From Phyllobates terribilis (lineage: Eukaryota): a stretch of DNA of 64,000 nucleotides. Under the pieces are notes generated by a model, which saw only the letters and a list, made by a program, of their open reading frames with translations, did not search any database and had not been told where the DNA came from. The translations under genes and the position numbers were made by a program. This document shows positions 59,453 through 64,000 of the stretch, one piece after another (position 1 is the first letter of the stretch; every line of letters starts with the position of its first letter). The stretch spans positions 154,318,001 through 154,382,000 of the forward strand of contig NW_027362762.1 of assembly GCF_046119375.1 (NCBI RefSeq), read 5' to 3'.

Positions 59453-62128
59453 TCAGTGCTGTGAGTGACAGCTCAGCCACCCTATGGATAGCAGGGGCAT
59501 GTTGGGCTGTCAGTGCTGTCAGTGACAGCTCAGCCACCCTATGGATAGCAGGGGCGTCTTGGGCTGTCAGTGCTGTGAGTGACAGCTCCGCCACCCTATG
59601 GATAGCAGGGACATGTTGGGCTGTCAGTGCTGTGACAGCTCAGCCACCCTATGGATAGCAGGGGCATGTTGGGCTGTGAGTGCTGTGAGTGACAGCTCAG
59701 CCACCCTATGGATAGCAGGGGCGTCATGGGCTGTCAGTGCTGTGAGTGACAGCTCCGCCACCCTATGGATAGCAGGGGCGTCTTGGGCTGTCAGTGCTGT
59801 GAGTGACAGCTCAGCCACCCTATGGATAGCAGGGGTGTGTTGGTCTGTCAGTGCTGTGAATGACAGCTCAGCCACCCTATGGATAGCAGGGGCGTGTTAG
59901 GCTGTCAGTGCTGTGAGTGACAGCTCAGCTACCCTATGGATAGCAGGGGCGTCTTGGGCTGTCAGTGCTGTGAGTGACAGCTCAGCCACCCTATGGATAG
60001 CAGGGGTGTGTTGGTCTGTCAGTGCTGTGAATGACAGCTCAGCCACCCTATGGATAGCAGGGGCATGTTGGTCTGTCAGTGCTGTGAATGACAGCTCAGC
60101 CACCCTATGGATAGCAAGGGCGTGTTTGGCTGTCAGTGCTGTGAGTGACAGCTCAGCCACCCTATGGATAGCAGGGGCAGGTTGGTCTGTCAGTGCTGTG
60201 AGTGACAGCTCAGCCACCCTATGGATAGCAGGGGCGTGTTGGTCTGTCAGTGCTGTGAGTGACAGCTCAGCCACCCTATGGATAGCAGGGGCGTCTTGGG
60301 CTGTCAGTGCTGTGAGTGACAGCTCCGCCACCCTATGGATAGCAGGGGCATGTTGGGCTGTCAGTGCTGTGAGTGACAGCTCAGCCACCCTATGGATAGC
60401 AGGGGCATGTTGGGCTGTCAGTGCTGTGAGTGACAGCTCAGCCACCCTATGGATAGCAGGGGCGTCATGGGCTGTCAGTGCTGTGAGTGACAGCTCCGCC
60501 ACCCTATGGATAGCAGGGGCGTCTTGGGCTGTCAGTGCTGTGAGTGACAGCTCAGCCACCCTATGGATAGCAGGGGCGTGTTGGTCTGTCAGTGCTGTGA
60601 ATGACAGCTCAGCCACCCTATGGATAGCAGGGGTGTGTTGGGCTGTCAGTGCTGTGAATGACAGCTCAGCCACCCTATGGATAGCAGGGGTGTGTTGGGC
60701 TGTCAGTGCTGTGAATGACAGCTCAGCCACCCTATGGATAGCAGGGGCGTGTTGGGCTGTCAGTGCTGTGAGTGACATCTCAGCCACCCTATGGATAGCA
60801 GGGGCGTGTTGGTCTGTTAGTGCTGTGAATGACAGCTCAGCCACCCTATGGATAGCAGGGGCGTGTTGGTCTGTCAGTGCTGTGAGTGACAGCTCAGCCA
60901 CCCTATGGATAGCAGGGGCATGTTGGGCTGTCAGTGCTGTGAGTGACAGCTCAGCCACCCTACGGATAGCAGGGGCGTGTTGGTCTGTCAGTGCTGTGAA
61001 TGACAGCTCCGCCACCCTATGGATAGCAGGGGAGTGTTGGGCTGTCAGTGCTGTGAGTGACAGCTCAGCCACCCTATGGATGGCAGGGGCATGTTGGGCT
61101 GTCAGTGCTGTGAGTGACAGCTCAGCCACCCTATGGATAGCAGGGGCATGTTGGGCTGTCAGTGCTGTCAGTGACAGCTCAGCCACCCTATGGATAGCAG
61201 GGGCGTCTTGGGCTGTCAGTGCTGTGAGTGACAGCTCCGCCACCCTATGGATAGCAGGGACATGTTGGGCTGTCAGTGCTGTGACAGCTCAGCCACCCTA
61301 TGGATAGCAGGGGCATGTTGGGCTGTGAGTGCTGTGAGTGACAGCTCAGCCACCCTATGGATAGCAGGGGCGTCATGGGCTGTCAGTGCTGTGAGTGACA
61401 GCTCCGCCACCCTATGGATAGCAGGGGCGTCTTGGGCTGTCAGTGCTGTGAGTGACAGCTCAGCCACCCTATGTATAGCAGGGGTGTGTTGGTCTGTCAG
61501 TGCTGTGAATGACAGCTCAGCCACCCTATGGATAGCAGGGGCGTGTTGGGCTGTCAGTGCTGTGAGTGACAGCTCAGCTACCCTATGGATAGCAGGGGCG
61601 TCTTGGGCTGTCAGTGCTGTGAGTGACAGCTCAGCCACCCTATGGATAGCAGGGGTGTGTTGGTCTGTCAGTGCTGTGAATGACAGCTCAGCCACCCTAT
61701 GGATAGCAGGGGCATGTTGGTCTGTCAGTGCTGTGAATGACAGCTCAGCCACCCTATGGATAGCAAGGGCGTGTTTGGCTGTCAGTGCTGTGAGTGACAG
61801 CTCAGCCACCCTATGGATAGCAGGGGCAGGTTGGTCTGTCAGTGCTGTGAGTGACAGCTCAGCCACCCTATGGATAGCAGGGGCATGTTCGGCTGTCAGT
61901 GCTGTGAGTGACAGCTCAGCCACCCTACGGATAGCAGGGGCGTGTTGGTCTGTCAGTGCTGTGAATGACAGCTCCGCCACCCTATGGATAGCAGGGGAGT
62001 GTTGGGCAGTCAGTGCTGTGAGTGACAGCTCAGCCACCCTATGGATGGCAGGGGCATGTTGGGCTGTCAGTGCTGTGAGTGACAGCTCAGCCACCCTATG
62101 GATAGCAGGGGCATGTTGGGCTGTCAGT
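59453..62128. repeat. 57-bp satellite array, middle block (~47 units)
   Basis: Same unit as 50753-51597. Confidence 0.97.
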
Positions 62129-64000
62129 TGTTAGAACCTTGCTCTTAGGTCTTTTTTCCTTTGCTGGTCACATGACCTTGTTGGCCTATTTAATCCTGCT
62201 CCGCCCTTCTGGCTTTGCTGGACTTCATTGTATATCTACTTTCTAGCTAGCCTGTGCTCTGTGTCTTGCTCTGTTAGTTTGCTTTGTCTACTGACCTCTA
62301 TGTTCTATATATTTTGTTTGTTCGTCTGTCTGCTACTATTTCTGTTAGGAGGTGTCCCATATTCCTCCCAGTCCTTAGTACTTGTAGGGATTCCTTCCCC
62401 ACATCTATAGGTCTCCGTACAGACTAGCTTAGGACTTTAGCAGGTCTGATCGCAGGATCAGGTCCCCTGTTACATCGTAGGGATTAAGCTGAGTTCTATC
62501 GTAGGGACAGATCTCCTCTCTTTCCTTAGCTCTGGTAGCAGAACATAACAGTAAGTCCAGCCAGCAAATTCTCTAAGGAAAGATTTTTCTGTTCCATCAT
62601 GGTGTCGGTTCAGGATTTGGTTCATCGCCTGCAGGGACTCTCTCTGGAGGTGGCCGAGCTCCGTCAGCACGTGAGTAACTGTCCTGGAGCACATTTCTTG
62701 GAGCCTAAGGTATGTTTGCCGGATTTATTTTTTGGTGAACACCGAGAATTTTTTTCATTTAAAAATGCTTGCTTATTGTATTTTCGTTTGAGACCTAAGT
62801 CCTCTGGGGATGAATCCCAGCGCGTAGGGTTCATAATGTCACTTTTGCGCAAAGAGCCTCAGGAGTGGGCCTTTTCTTTGCAACCTAGTGATTCATGCTT
62901 CAGATCAGTGGATAGTTTTTTTTCTGCTTTGGGACTATTATATGATGATCCTGACCGTGTCGAATCAGCTGAGACTGAGTTGAGACGTTTAAAACAAGGA
63001 TCAGGTAATGTGGAAAAATATTGTACTCATTTCCGTCGTTGGTCTACTCAAACAGGGTGGAACGATTCTGCTCTGAAAAGTCTATTTCTTGCTGGGCTCA
63101 GTGAAAGGGTTAAAGACCTGCTAATTGCTTATCCTACACCTGAAGATTTGCAACAGGCTATGCAATTAGCTATACGGGTGGATAGAAGACTGCGTGCAAG
63201 GGTTAATGAGAGCAAATCCTCTTCTATGTCAGTTTCTGGTTATGAGAATGTGTGTACTAACAGTGGTGAACCGATGGAGATTGGATCGGTGGCACCTCGC
63301 TCTCAAGAAAAAGATCGTCGATTTTCTGAAGGCTTGTGTTTCTATTGCGGAAAATCTGGTCATTTGATTAAAGGCTGTGAGCTTCGTATGAAGAAAGAAA
63401 AAAAAATGGTCAGTCACGCCCGTATTGCCTGTTTAAATTCCAAGGGTATATTTTTAGCTGCTTCCACGATTGCTCAGAAAAAATTAATGGAATTTCGGGT
63501 GTTTGTTGATTGCGGGTCTACTCTGAATGTAATTGATGGGGGATTCGTGGAAAGACTCAATTTGAAACCTGAACCTTTATCATCCCCCATTGCTGTGGTT
63601 TCTGTGGATGGTTCCCCTTTGAAGAATATTACTCTCAAGGTCTGTGAATTTCCTCTCACTATTAATGGTGTTCACCATGAGAAATTGGATTTGGTAGTGT
63701 TGAATAACTTGCCTTCTCCAGTAATATTGGGATTGCCCTGGTTAAAATTTCACAATCCTGTACTGGATTGGTCTACCAGTGAAATTAAATCCTGGAGCCA
63801 TAAATGTTATGACAAGTGTTGTAACGGGCGTATTGCAGCTTTGGATAGGGGAGAATTGCCTGTTCCTATTCAGGATTTTTGGAGAGTTTTTTCTGAGAAG
63901 GAGTCGCAGGTTTTGCCTCCCCATAGAGACTATGATTGTTCTATTGAATTTGTCCCTGGAGCGACTCTTCCTAAAAGTCGTTTATTTAACCTTACTATTC
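62129..64000 (+). mobile_element. Second copy of the chromovirus (5' LTR 62129-62550, gag-pol from 62599), running off the window
   Basis: Nearly identical to 51598-53469 at an offset of 10,531 bp; same preceding TCAGT junction. Confidence 0.96.
62599..64000 (+). CDS. gag-pol: Gag-Pol of the second copy (partial, open to the window end)
   Basis: Matches the 52068 ORF apart from at least one change (GCA to GAA near 62962). Confidence 0.9.
   Translation, partial: MVSVQDLVHRLQGLSLEVAELRQHVSNCPGAHFLEPKVCLPDLFFGEHREFFSFKNACLLYFRLRPKSSGDESQRVGFIMSLLRKEPQEWAFSLQPSDSCFRSVDSFFSALGLLYDDPDRVESAETELRRLKQGSGNVEKYCTHFRRWSTQTGWNDSALKSLFLAGLSERVKDLLIAYPTPEDLQQAMQLAIRVDRRLRARVNESKSSSMSVSGYENVCTNSGEPMEIGSVAPRSQEKDRRFSEGLCFYCGKSGHLIKGCELRMKKEKKMVSHARIACLNSKGIFLAASTIAQKKLMEFRVFVDCGSTLNVIDGGFVERLNLKPEPLSSPIAVVSVDGSPLKNITLKVCEFPLTINGVHHEKLDLVVLNNLPSPVILGLPWLKFHNPVLDWSTSEIKSWSHKCYDKCCNGRIAALDRGELPVPIQDFWRVFSEKESQVLPPHRDYDCSIEFVPGATLPKSRLFNLTI

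Noticed and set aside
50753-62128. Regular repeats resembling a CRISPR array
   Set aside because: Head-to-tail monomers with no unique spacers, no cas genes and a eukaryotic context.
59897-62134. Long ORFs of 273-464 aa on both strands (AELSLTALT.. / SDSSATLWIAG..), also at 50649-51603
   Set aside because: Translations of a 57-bp satellite whose unit is a multiple of 3 and lacks stops in one frame per strand; no coding evidence.

Overview
Eukaryotic, repeat-saturated genomic DNA. The mix of Tc1, mariner, hAT, piggyBac, Harbinger and T2-type MITEs, L2/CR1 LINEs, Tf1/sushi chromoviruses and Penelope-type remnants suggests an amphibian (frog-like) genome; this is inference. I recognised no host protein-coding exon. 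Main content: (1) a decayed Ty3/Gypsy element (1-~9945) with a related gag-pro-only LTR element nested in its pol gene (1699-5747, TSD TTGG); (2) a pol-less Tf1/sushi-type element (9986-15870) with giant minisatellite-bearing LTRs and an uninterrupted 686-codon ORF made of a capsid N-terminal domain plus five exact-period 57-aa repeats, which is the most unusual object here; (3) a Tc1, solo LTRs, a mariner deletion derivative, a 5-kb hAT, Harbinger/piggyBac/T2 MITEs, hammerhead-ribozyme-like motifs, L2 and CR1 fragments (16-50.6 kb); (4) a 57-bp satellite carrying a young chromovirus whose integrase is split by a hAT MITE, followed by a second copy at the same satellite junction 10,531 bp downstream. 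All boundaries, TSDs and alignments were read by eye; no searches were run.
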